Shown here one piece after another: positions 47,401-59,400 of a stretch of 64,000 bases of DNA. The translations under genes and the position numbers were made by a program. The stretch comes from Balanoglossus misakiensis. Its lineage: Eukaryota > Animalia > Hemichordata. The DNA is taken from contig CM082579.2 in the NCBI GenBank assembly GCA_040954595.2, forward strand, positions 9,599,625-9,663,624, given 5' to 3'. Positions within the stretch are counted from its first letter, which is position 1; every line of letters begins with the position of its first letter. The notes under the pieces are model-generated. The model was not told where the DNA came from. It saw only the letters and a list, made by a program, of their open reading frames with translations, and searched no databases.

Positions 47401-50400
47401 CAGGAATGAGCAATATGTATTGTGTATGAGGTGCAGTTTCAAATCCCACTATTTTCACCCCTAAATTCCCTGTACATGGTTTCACCCCAGCAGTGAAAAC
47501 AATGGAGTAACCCAAACTGCAGTGTTAAGAGGGTATAAAAGCTGTCTTGGTTCTCACCGAATTTGTTGATGAAGGACGCGGAGTAGTCCCATATGCCACA
47601 GTTGAGTCCTGCAGAGTGGTCGCGCAATTCATACAGGATTTCATGCATCTCAAACGAGGACAGCAGATTCTCAATCAGAACACAGGCTTTGATACAACCA
47701 TGGGGCAACCTCAACTGTAAAATTATCAAAAAAAATATTAGGCCACATTAGCTGAGTTTGAATCAAACAGTAGATTACTGAAATAAATCCATTTAAAAAG
47801 TGAAAAAAAACAATATGTACAAATGTAGGTTTTTGACGAAAACAAGGTGAATGCTAGAATGACAGACCTATGTTAGAATAACTGTTAGACATTGAGTATT
47901 TTGGGCTTTGTGAAGGAGTATTTACTCATATGTTTACTGCAACTGAGTTTTGTCAAAATTTGAAATTAATTTGGATAAATGACCAGATAAAGATGTTCAC
48001 CTTTTGTTCTGCCCACATAAATATCTCGTTCCATAACCTGGCTTCTTTATGACCTTCCAACTGGAAAACAAAAACACTTCATTAAAAAAGTATCTTTTCC
48101 AAAGTACATCGTTCAGATTATGCAATCATCAGACTGATACTGTGATATTGAAATATCTGAAATTCTTACTTTTTACTTCTCCAACAAAAAGTTCAGTCTT
48201 TTACCAGACAAAGAATTTATCTGACTATTTAACAGTTGCCACACATTTTCTTTTGCTAAAAATTGTATTTTAAGTAAAAATTAATATTGATCAGCATAAA
48301 CTTGAAGTACAAAATAATCAACGGTTTGAACTTGTGAGTGAAAATGCACCTGGCAGATTACTTACTTTGGAGAGATAGAAGAAAGGTCCACTCTCTTGAT
48401 CCAATAAAATCTTCCCAAAATGATATATCATTAATCCAAAATCCCACAACGGTCCAGGAACTTCTATACCTTTTACCTGTGTATAGTCAATGGCGATTGT
48501 GAATTATGAGCATCAAACTGCAAGTTCAACAAATGAATGTCAACAAACGCCACAAAAAGTTCTACATATTATAAACAAGGCTTAATTCTTTGAAACTCAC
48601 CATCATTGTATGGTCCACCATATTCCAAGCTCTTGGTCTCAGCATCAACACTGGGGCGCGTCGGACAGGCGGCACATCCGTGTATTTGCCATGGATGAAT
48701 TCATAAATGTGGTGCATGCCAGTCAACTGATTTCTCCAGGTTGGACAGTGACCATCATCAAAGTCAACCTACAATAGGTTTCAGTAATGGGTCAAACCCT
48801 CTGTGTGTACACTGGTAGCATTCATTCATTCATTCATTCATTCATTCGTTCGTTCGTTCGTTCGTTCGTTCGTTCGTTCGTTCGTTCATTCATTCACTCA
48901 CTCACTCACTCATTCATTCATTCTTTCACTCACTCATTCATTCATTCATTCATTCATTCATTCATTCATTCATGTGAAACCAGAAATCCCTTTTTTTCTT
49001 TCATTTTTATCAGATGAAGATATACAATCACCTACGGAAATAACAGTTACAGCTACCAATTGAAAATTTAAATGCGCAAGAAAAAAACTGCGCCATTATT
49101 CAAAGACTTCTAGACAAGCCTTTTTGACCGTAAACAGGCATATGTAAAATTAGAGATGATCGTATACTTTTAAACAACCTTTATTAGTACTGCCTTCACA
49201 AGTAATGAAACTAATACACTACCAGTGAGTGTTAACTGTTTTAATTGTCTTTAGATGAACTGTAAATTCTTCCCACTTACCTGGACACACTGTGCCTGGG
49301 ACTTCAGCGCCCTCAAGAAATGTTCAAGATTGCTTGGTGACACATCCCCGAGATCAATATGTCTGTTCTGCAGCCGGGCAGGGACCGGCTTCACTGTCCA
49401 CGAACTTTCCCGGATGTGCTTGGTGTCCGCGGGAAAGTCTGGTAGGCTGCCGTGGGCATCGAGTTCAGCTTGGCGAACTGTTCTTGCTCGTAGCATCTGA
49501 TCATTACAGGGAAGAGAAGTCAATTATGAACAATTTTTTTAATGAATAAGACAAACTCGCCATACCGAGCATAAATAGTGTCAAGGACACTGTGCTCCCA
49601 TCTGATCAGAACTGCTACATACATGTGTCAAACCAAATGTCAACAAAATCCAACAAACTGTTTTTAAAAAATAGATATTTTTAAAACACATTTGACATCA
49701 TTGTGAAAACGAATTCCCTAAAACCTTGCAAACCAAATTTTAAAGTGATCAGGCAGGCAGCTTTCAGAGAAAATTACCTTTTACCCCATCAAATATGATT
49801 TGGGGGGGGGGGGGGGGACATTACATTTATACCTTTTGGACATCTGAGTTAAAATGCCTAATGAGGTCAGCAACAAAACACACTGCATCTGCACTTAAAA
49901 GGGTCTTGTATTCATTCTCCAGACCTGGTGGGGGTTCTACCACTTCTACATCGGTGATACCAAGCTGTTTACAAAAATAAAGAATTAATTAATTAATTAA
50001 TTAATATTATTTTTCATTGGCAGGATAAAAAAATGCTTATTATCGATATCATTTACTCAGGAAATAAAAGTACATCACCACAATTTAAAGTGGTCCCATT
50101 TACTTAGTTTTAAAAATGTTGGATAGTTTACATTAAGTATGTTCTATTATTTTTTTTCATTGCAGCTCTATTAATTGTGACATGGAATAAATTTTATTAA
50201 GGTGGTATGTGTCTCGGAGACAGATTCCAATTCTTTGCAATATGTTTAAGTGTGTGAGGAGTCTTTCTTGACAAAAATAAACATTCTGTAGGGACAGTGG
50301 TTATAAAATCCAGTGCAGTAAATGATAATTATCAAAAAGTCCAGCCCTCATTTGACATGCAGGAAGTCCCTATGATCCCTTGTCCCATTTCTAGCGCACA

Positions 50401-50673
50401 CACACACCTTGGAATCGTACATGTACATGTACCCATCTGAAAGTAATGTACATTTAAACTGCAAAATTGTTCAGAGACACCACTAAGAAGTGTAAAATAA
50501 TTAGATTTTACCTTTCCAAGATCGGTTCGCAGTTTGCTTGCAGCGTTTCCATCGTCAGTGGCGCCGCTCACCTGAATTGGTGTGAGTGAAGAAGAGGAGC
50601 AATCTTGCGGGAAGTTTGCATGGGATAGGTGACATTTCAGGCGAAGCAGACGATGCGTTGTTTTCGTGGACAT
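44412..50673 (-). CDS. Malate synthase (MSA-type, metazoan), 13 exons, 569 aa
   Basis: Exons 50673-50572, 49964-49833, 49496-49281, 48768-48601 ([19 protein letters not shown]), 48476-48366 ([12 protein letters not shown]), 48060-48001 ([14 protein letters not shown]), 47714-47558 ([33 protein letters not shown]), 46982-46787 ([13 protein letters not shown]), 46552-46474, 46106-46014, 45601-45529, 45056-44989 ([13 protein letters not shown]) and 44666-44412 ([15 protein letters not shown]) all splice in phase (1710 nt). Catalytic Arg/Glu/Asp motifs are intact. Confidence 0.93.
47031..47124 (-). mobile_element. piggyBac-like mini element, copy 4, in malate synthase intron 7
   Basis: Reverse complement of the 17027/42782 element; ends aagggttaa at 47124. 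Confidence 0.75.
47123..47200 (+). repeat. Inverted duplicate of malate synthase intron 11 acceptor plus most of exon 12 (source 45009-45086)
   Basis: aaacaccctttctctgtctctctcactcaggtaaaggtaactttttctacaaaggtgctgttgaagattttgccacag matches the reverse complement of 45009-45086 at ~72/78 positions by manual alignment. Confidence 0.9.
48820..48972. repeat. Compound tetranucleotide microsatellite (ATTC)n/(GTTC)n/(ACTC)n
   Basis: Directly visible in malate synthase intron 3, ~50 bp from the exon 4 acceptor. Confidence 0.95.
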
Positions 50674-50724
50674 GCCTCTGTTTTGGACGCAGTGTTTAAA
50701 TCAGTGTGCACAAGTTTAATATTT

Positions 50725-51397
50725 AGGGGTTATTACACGGATTTTGGTCGATAACGCGTCGTATTCGAGTGTGTCAGTATTTTGACGAGTTGCGCTTCGC
50801 AACGAGTCGAAATACGGACATCACGAGAATGCGTCGCGTTATCGACCAAAATCCGTGTAATAACCCCTTTATCATACATGCCTACCTATAAAACAGTACG
50901 ATTTGCGAAAATGCGCCGAGAAAAACAATTTCAAATTTGAACTAGGCGCTGGGATCACGGCAGTAGCCATGTTGTGACGTATGACGTGTGGGCCGTAGTA
51001 TCATTTTAAGGGGGTTGGCAGCTTTCATTACGATGGGCACATCCGCATTCTAAATAAACTTGTCTACGTTCTCTTTCAAAATATCATGTTAACAATTATT
51101 TCGCATTGAGAATTTCGAAGAAGTAAAAATGAAACATTCAACATGGCAAAACCGCGTGCTTTGAAAACGTTATTTCAGCTTCTAATAACCGAATTTTACA
51201 ACACCCCTCTCCACTAGCGTCCTATGCCCCGTACGTCGCTCGCACGCGCAGCGAACTGTCGTGCCGCGCGTTCTCAAAAATTGTTCGAGACGCGGAGTGT
51301 AATACCGTAAAATATCGCGCTCAGTGTAATACCGTAAAATATCTTCGGGGCGAGAACAATAGAAAGTGTTAAATACAGGCGTTGCATGTATGATAAA
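50725..51397. mobile_element. Non-autonomous element with a 144-bp terminal palindrome and 14-bp internal inverted repeats (Crypton- or Helentron/HINE-like; family unresolved)
   Basis: Fold-back 50725-50868 with a perfect 34-bp outer stem; tttatcatacatgc (50868-50881) pairs with gcatgtatgataaa (51384-51397); internal direct repeat agtgtaataccgtaaaatatc x2 (~51296-51343); CpG-rich. Confidence 0.7.
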
Positions 51398-51989
51398 GCT
51401 CGAATATTTGCATCAAATATTAAAACTGGACAGTTGTGGTCGAAGCATTTCCTTCCAGCAGTAGTGCCCACTGAAGAAGCTGACTCGCGACCAGTACCAC
51501 GTATGTCCACGTTTGACGTTTGACCTTGTTTGACCTAAGTACTTTCTAGGAGAGTAATCATCATTGTTATCACGGGAGGGGTGTAATGCATACATGTACG
51601 ATATGTACATGTAGTAGAAAGAATCGCGTTACATTTACACGTGGAGAATCCGTGGCATTTAAGGTCAACCGTTTATTGCTATAAAAAATTACTGTTGTAA
51701 CATTCTTGCAAGGTATTTAACCCTTATCCGACAGTGGGCCATAGAATGCTTGGCTAGGTTGTGATCTGACTGGACACTCCCCCTGACTGTGAAATGGTTA
51801 TCTCCTCAACAGGTGCCTTGATACACATAGGTGGCGTTGCTGTATTCATTTGTCGTCTAGTTAATTACTGCTTTGAATCCATACCTCGTTACATTGAACA
51901 TAAACAATACTGAAACTCGACCAAAGTCTTTTGGGACAATTCGTGTCATCATTTTTACAGGGTCGAACAACTTCATTTACCCACGATGC

Positions 51990-52045
51990 ACCATCTGTGA
52001 CGTCATCACCCTCGGCAGTAGGAAAATGGCGACCTGACGTGTGTG
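51990..52045 (+). promoter_or_regulatory. RAB33 proximal promoter motifs
   Basis: CRE TGACGTCA (51998-52005), YY1-like AAAATGGCG (52023-52031), TGACGTG (52035-52041), ~150-200 bp upstream of the ATG. Confidence 0.5.
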
Positions 52046-52195
52046 TTGTGAAGAGTGGACTTGCTGCGTTCGTTCATTTGGATGTAATAATTTTCAGGGC
52101 AACACATAAACTTTTCCCCGTTGCGTGTCGAGGTGGAAGAACCAGCGATCTAAGCTTGTCGTCATTTCAGCACGCACCGCGCGCAAGGTACAAAC

Positions 52196-55100
52196 ATGGA
52201 CGATATTGAAGCCAGCTCGAAAACTGACGACGATAGTGGTCTGGAATCATCCACAAAACAAACCAGGATTTTCAAGATAATCGTCATTGGGGACTCTAAC
52301 GTTGGCAAAACATGCCTGACATTCAGGTTCTGCGGAGGAAAGTTTCCTGGGAAGACCGAAGCGACAATTGGCGTAGATTTTAGAGAGAAATCTGTCGACG
52401 TCAATGGGGAGATGATCAAGGTTAGCATTCACATCTCAAATGTGTTTACAAAATAACAACAGGTTTGGTTTAGTGAAAGTAGGGCACTGGGCACACTTAT
52501 ATATTTCCCTTCAGTGGTATACACCCACATTTGCCTTTCCCCTGAAAACAATGGCATTTGTGTGAATATTAAAAAGATTTCAAGGCTCAAGCTGAGTATT
52601 TGATCATTTTGCTTCTTTTAAAAAATAAATACTAAAGACTATAAAGTGCTAATATGACATGTCATCATCAAATTTGCCTTCTTAATCCATGGAGTGTGCA
52701 TGTCTTAGTTATGAAATGACATTTTTCAGTTTGATAATTAACAAGTTGTCATTTGTGTAAATTAAATTCTTTGTTGCAATGTTTGTTTATAGAGACCAAT
52801 TTATCGAAAGTTTGATTTGTCACAACCAGGAATGTCACTAAATACTGGTACCTTGCAGGGTCTACATTTGTGGGAGGGACATAACACCCTGAGGCTAAGA
52901 AAAAGATGTGATGCTGGTACCTATTAATATTATTATGTCCACTTACTGATGTCCAGATAAAAAGTTCTGATTGCCAAACGTTGTATTTTCCATGGGTGAT
53001 ATCCTCATCAATTTAGTATACAAAATTAAATCCTGACCTTTCTGCCATAGTTCCTGACTTCCAGATGCCATTAGAAAACTTTTTTTTTTTTTTTTAGGGG
53101 GGGGGGGGTTGTATTTTGGCATAAAGGGGCACTGGATGACCACGTGACATTATTCAGAATTTAGTTGTCTGTATGTGTATCAACATAGTCGTACGCACTT
53201 TATAGCTTGTTCGAAGTAGTTTGAATGCAATCATGTTACTATTGTGGACTAGAATTTAAATATTTAAATAAAGGGACGTGGCACAGGCTTTGTTGACTAT
53301 CTGAATAATAATAATGTCTGATTTAACTCGCTAAATATAAATGAAGAAGAACAACAGAGACTTTGAATAAATTCGGGAGAATACCAAGTTTAAGAGAAAA
53401 ATAATACCATAGATTAGTATTGAAATGTCAATGGGGGGATGTGATTGTTTCTGTCCAAGAAAACCTGTGAATTATAATATGATGTACATGGTGTATTCGG
53501 TTGATCATTGAGATGCACCCAGATTTTCAGTGGGCAACAATGGCTGCCTATTTTTCAAAAGAAAGTAGCAAGCGTAATGGTAATTGCACATTGATTTACT
53601 GAAAATTAAGTTTGCCCGGGGTGGTGCTTGAAATGCAGGAACTTTGTGCCAATTTTCTAAATGAAATTTTTGTGCAGCGCTTTCAGGAATCTAATATTAT
53701 ATCAAGTTGCTTAGGCAAAATTTTAGGTCTACATTCCAGTAGCACATAATACACTTTTATTTGTGGAAACCCATATTGGGAAAGGCATGTGCCTGATGGC
53801 AGATGGTACAATATACTGTGTCATTTCTCAAGGTCGCATTATACTGCTGCATCAAGTTCAGGTGGGCTAAACCAAGTTGTTGAGATCCAAATATTGATGG
53901 ACAAGCATATAACACAATATGGAAGATGACAGATGGATTGGTAGTGTCACTTGATTCATCTGTTACACTCTACGACTTTTTAACAGAAAAAACATGAGGG
54001 AATTAGATTTGTTTCGGATGAAGTTGCTCGACAGATCTTTGCCATGCAATTGATTCATGTGAACTGACCTGTCATTCAACTTTTGTCCCAATGTTGTAGC
54101 ATTATCTCACTACCAGTTTCAGTGGTCAACAATCTTGTATTCAATCTGCGATCAACATACGTACATGTAGACTGCGAGCGAAACATGATCATTGCTATCG
54201 GTAGTAGTCTTGTGGTTTAATAAGTTTTGAATTCCTGAAATGTGTCAGTGTACTGAACTACAAAAGATATTCATCAATATTACATGTATAGTAGTAATGC
54301 GATACACTAGTAAAAACATTCATACATGTAGCAGCCAGTGAAGGGATTTTCCTAAAATGGCCTTTATACTTTAGACAGGTTAATAACATGTATTGCACAG
54401 GGACTGAAACAAAGACTGGTTCCTCTATACAGAGGTGGCCACTGACGCAGGTTTGTACTTGTCCAACAAATTTGGTTTAAATTAAATCGAATCATATATT
54501 AATGGTTTTAGAGAATGATATTACTGTTTCTCATATGAAATACTAAATAATCCAATTTCATGGATGATTTAAACCTGAATCCATAACTGAGTCAGACCAA
54601 TGAGGGATGCTATATTCCTTGACTGCATATTCTGGCTTTCAAACACGATAAAACTGATATTTTTTTTTTTATCACAAAACCATAAAACCAATATGGTGGG
54701 TTGCCCAACATATTGCCACAGTCTGCTACATGTACTGAATAGTTAATGCATTTTATATTCCTTTATGACCAAATACCATTTTTAAAACCTCGTAACAAAT
54801 GCCACATGGTCACAACTTGCTAGTCTATTGCATTTCCTATATAATCAAGATTCACTGGCAGAGTACTTTGTACAGCTGTTAACTGTAATACCACTGGGTA
54901 TCATCATAATTTTCATTGACATCAGTTAAAGGGTGCCCCAGTCAATCATCGAAATTATAGTGAATGACAAGAAATTGAGAAAGCACTAGAATGTGCCAAT
55001 AACACCCCCACTGTGCAAGTAAATAAGGGTTTGATGTCTAGTTTTAAAATGATATTGTTAAACATTTGATGTATTTATGTCAGTAAAGTAATATTACCGG

Positions 55101-56018
55101 TATTTGTTGGATGAAATAAGCATGTGTAGTGCAGGTAGGTTTGATAGTGTTACATGTCATTTTCCCAAAATTGGCTTTAATGTCTTTCTTTGCACAAACA
55201 CAGCACATACATTTTTTTACAGATTATATAGTTACCAATTATTTATTATTTTTAATGTTCAAACAAGGTATTGGAGGTTGTACCAATATTTATTTTAGTG
55301 TGTGTGTGTGTGTTATTATCATGTCATACAATGTAGGATTAGCTTGTGCAAGACTGATTGGTGTAGGACTGACCAGTGTTGAAATTTGGTCAGTGTGTCC
55401 TAAATGTGTCTTTGAAGCACACCATTTTCCTTGAGCTGTTTCCATAAATTTTGTGTATGATCATCATGCATTAAATTTCACTTTGTTAATTAATACCCCT
55501 TTCCCTTTCTGTTCCCCGTTCAACACCAGCTACAACTGTGGGACACGGCCGGGCAGGAGAGATTCCGCAAGAGCATGGTGCAGCACTACTACCGAAACGT
55601 GCACGCGGTGGTCTTTGTGTACGACATGACCAAAACGAGTACATTCTCCAACATGCCCGTGTGGATCGAGGAGTGCGAGCGCCACGCCCTCTCGGCCGAC
55701 ATCCCCCGCATCCTGGTGGGCAACAAGTGCGACATCCGCCACAAGGTGGCCGTGCCCACCAGCACGGCGCAGAAGTTCGCCGACGCCAACAGCATGCCGC
55801 TGTTCGAGACGTCGGCCAAGGACGACGCCGAGACGGAGCACGTCAACGCCATCTTCATGACGCTGGCGCACAAACTGAAGAATCACCGGCCGATGATGTC
55901 GCCGTACACCGCGGGACTGCACAAGTACGGGTCGCAGGACATGAGACGGGCGAAGGTGGCCGGGGTGTGGCGAGAGCCGGCCAGACCAGAATCGAAGGAC
56001 AACGTTTGCAGTTGTTAA
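52196..56018 (+). CDS. RAB33B: Ras-related protein Rab-33, 2 exons, 237 aa
   Basis: Exons 52196-52420 ([35 protein letters not shown]) and 55530-56018 ([46 protein letters not shown]). Rab33-diagnostic motifs and a CXC prenylation site; probably co-orthologous to RAB33A and RAB33B. Confidence 0.93.
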
Positions 56019-56247
56019 CAATCGAAATTTTTTTTTTTTTTTTACCAGAGGGATAATGCAGCTAATGAAGGAATCGTTGATGGCTATCCGTGATTTGTTT
56101 TGAAATCAGGAGGGATTTATTGATAAAGTTTGGAAAACCGACAACTCAGCATTTACATGTTTGCAACATGTACGCAACATGAAATTTACAGGTTTTAAAA
56201 AAAAGTCAGGTGTTTTTATATGGCCAGCTGATTCACTATTGGCTGGT

Positions 56248-56463
56248 CCGTTTAGGATATGAGAGTAAAAACTCGCCCACAATGAATATACGGTAAAGAC
56301 CGATTATTCATTTTGGGGAGTTTTTCACTCTCGTCTCTACAAGTGGGATGGAAGTTGTGTGTGGTCGAATATTGATTCACTGTATCCACAATGTAGAATA
56401 ACATAAACAGTGTCTTGTATCAAACATAATTAATGGATAAAGGGTAGCGAGAGAGTCCCTTAA
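56248..56463 (+). repeat. Interspersed repeat, copy 2 (probable RAB33 3' UTR)
   Basis: Homologous to 13108-13355. Confidence 0.85.
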
Positions 56464-59400
56464 AATATAGCAGTCTATTCTTTCTTACTAGAAGAGGTTT
56501 GTAAATTTGTCCTGTATACCATGTTTAGTTGCAAATAGTAATTGACTTGGCAGTAATATCTAAAGGCAAAAACAACAAGCAACAAGATGTTGGGGAAAGC
56601 AATTTATTATGCCACCAATGAAACTGATAGCTGCTGACAAGCAAGAGAGCTCAGTTCATAAATTAATAAATTGGTTTCCAGGTAACTATCACAGTTAATT
56701 TATGAACAGATTCAAACCTGTTCTAGTAAGTGAGCTATATATATAGCTAAAAGAACGTAAGAGTTGAGATAAACAGGGTATGTGGGGACAATGTGGCATT
56801 TTGCACTTACACGAATACCACAATGCTTTTTGCATCCGACTTGAGTCGAACAACACTACACAAATCACAAATGCACAAAATAATTCCAGTGATCACACTG
56901 TATGCCTTTAAGAATACACCATTATTTTTATAGCACTTGAAAGAAAAGTAATTGCAATCATTGATCCATGAAAATTGTTAGTGGCAGATATTTTTTCACC
57001 AATCACCCCTAACAGAAAAATCACGTATTACATGTACCTTCATCAAAACAATGCACTCTGACAAAAAAGTTGAAATAATGCTCTGTGAAAAAAAAAAATT
57101 GTCAGATTTTGTCTTCATTTTCGTACATTTGTAGACTTCCACATTCGTGGCTCCTAAATTGTCAAAAAGGACAATAAACATACAAATTATTAATGACGGT
57201 TTTGTTTTCCTTGGTTGTGGGGACTTAATATTCAAGTTTTAAAAAAATATCTATAATCATTTACATTCCGAGTTTTTATACTTCTTAGTAAACTTCACAT
57301 CTTTGAGGCCAAGTTGACTAAAGTTGCTGTTATTTACTGTTGTAACTATCTATTGTAATGTCAGGATTTACTGAAGTGGCTAAAACATTTTGTAGTTTAT
57401 ATTTCATAAAATTATATCATAGCTTTGTCTTAGGGTACCAGTACTGGGGTAACACGGCAGTTTTCTTGTACACACTTGGCACTTCTGTTGGTCTTGAAGT
57501 AACATAGCTTTTCATGTTTAATATAATATAAATTTTTTTAGTAGATTTATAGGTTAGTATTATTGTATTTCTAAAGTTCTTATAATAGGTCTGCGCAGCA
57601 TCTGTAGAAGCTATAATTGATGTGTTCAGTGGAAAATGAAAAAAATAAGTTATCAAGGTGTTAACACATGTCAGGGACAGATTTTCATTTTAAAAACTGA
57701 AATTTCTTTAAAATCTTTCCTTCGTCCATTACCTTGTTTTCGTTAAAAGTCAATTTCAGATTTTCCCACAAGAAGTTGACAAAATCAATCATTCAGATTT
57801 ACCAGGGAATTAAAAGTGTGGTACCCTTTTGGAATTTGTGATGACCCTCCAATATAGGAATATTCTTCAACTGTGATTTGGACAGTGCCATACAAGATGT
57901 ACATGAACAGTTATCTGCTGTGACTGCTACAAATACTGCCTGGCCTTGAGTGCTGTGGCATGTTATGGTTAAGCCTCATGTCTCAGAGGTTGTTTTTTTC
58001 CACCGCTGTACTGTGTCTATGTGATGGAGATTGTATGTTTCATGTGTATTTCTGAGGAACTAAAACTCTTTGAGGGACAAGGGGGTGTGTCACAGCCAAA
58101 CTCAAGGCCAGACGCTGTTTGATTTCCCTATACTGTTCGTGCTTCTGAATGCATCTTTCTGAGAATTTGCTCAGGCCAACTCTGAATCTGCCAACCACAG
58201 TACAGCATTGGTATGCTGTGCGTTCGACTCAAAAATTCACCTGTGACACGGTATTAGTCAGTCTGATTAAGATCATGTAGTTTTTTTTGTCCTTTACTTC
58301 AAGTGTCCTTGTCTGTCTCAAGGAAAAGTGGTCATAGTACTGACTAGAACTAAGTTTCCAAGTGGGTCAGCTCTGGGTGATTAAGCCCAAGGCCAGCCTT
58401 GGTTAGCAAATTTACCACATTGTCGCATCTCAGCAGCAAGAGAATAAACAGTAGCACAGACCGAATCAGGCTATGGTTAAAATAGACAGGCTGCACAAAT
58501 AGAAATAATTAGCCAATAATTAGCTAACACAGGGCCAGTATACTGGTGGTACTGTGTTAGCTGATCAGAAAAAGAACATGATCACATGATCAATACTGTA
58601 CTTGAATACCAAGGGCAAGAAATCCACTCCATTTGTGTGATTTTTAATCAGATTTGATATCAATACCCACATCTGATATATGGTGATCCTGAAGGATAGA
58701 ATTTTGTCTTTCACCTCAAAGCAATAAAAATTAGACATTTCGTGTTATATGCAGTCTGGTCATTCTGCAGTTTATGTAGCTGGCAAGTCCTATCTTAACA
58801 GTGGTCTGGAGTCAGGTCTGCACACATTGAGGTGCTTTGATTTCCAATGGAGGCGATAACAAATCACAATCATTGAAATCATTCTACTGAAACATAGACA
58901 ATCCCAGAATTTATCATCTCGTTCGCAATCATAGTAGTTATGTCTACTCAGCCGTGGAGGAAAGTCTGTTTTGAATCATATTGCTCACAGATTGCAACAG
59001 TTTCTGTGTGTTTGTTTAGCTGCAATGCTTATAGCTGATGCTGCTAGGTTGAGCGGGCTGCGAACACCAGTCAACCCAGCAGCACCCGCTACAATCGTAG
59101 CAGCTATGTGTTTGTCGTCTAGATTCTGCAGGCTCTGTGAGGTCTTTCTTTCAACTTATAAATATTTGGTCGTAGTACGTAGTTGCAATCAGTGACTACA
59201 TTTGGTATTTTTTAACGGGCATTACAATGGGATACCTTGCAATTTTAAGCCGTGATGTTTTCTCCTCTTCGCATGGGGTGGGGGAGGGAGGGAGGGAGGG
59301 TGATGGGACAGTGTGTATGTATCACTGCTAGGCATTACAGTCTTCACAGAAGACATCAGCACAAAATATAAAAATATGGCATCCAAGTACTAGTATTTCC

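Noticed and set aside
48787-49063. ORFs with HSFI/RSFV repeats
   Set aside because: Translations of the intronic tetranucleotide microsatellite.
49553-49615. Faint 5S rRNA-like words (gccatacc..tctgatc)
   Set aside because: Too short and divergent; no internal promoter boxes or full-length match.
44412-50673. Bacterial contamination or recent horizontal transfer as the source of malate synthase
   Set aside because: Twelve canonical introns, host-type repeats within them, and contiguity with NAA15 and RAB33.
52196-56018. RAB30 identity, suggested by human PCF11-RAB30 proximity
   Set aside because: [11 protein letters not shown] and [20 protein letters not shown] are Rab33 signatures.
55530-56056. 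163-aa antisense and 172-aa alternative-frame ORFs over RAB33 exon 2
   Set aside because: Explained by GC-rich codon usage of the real exon.
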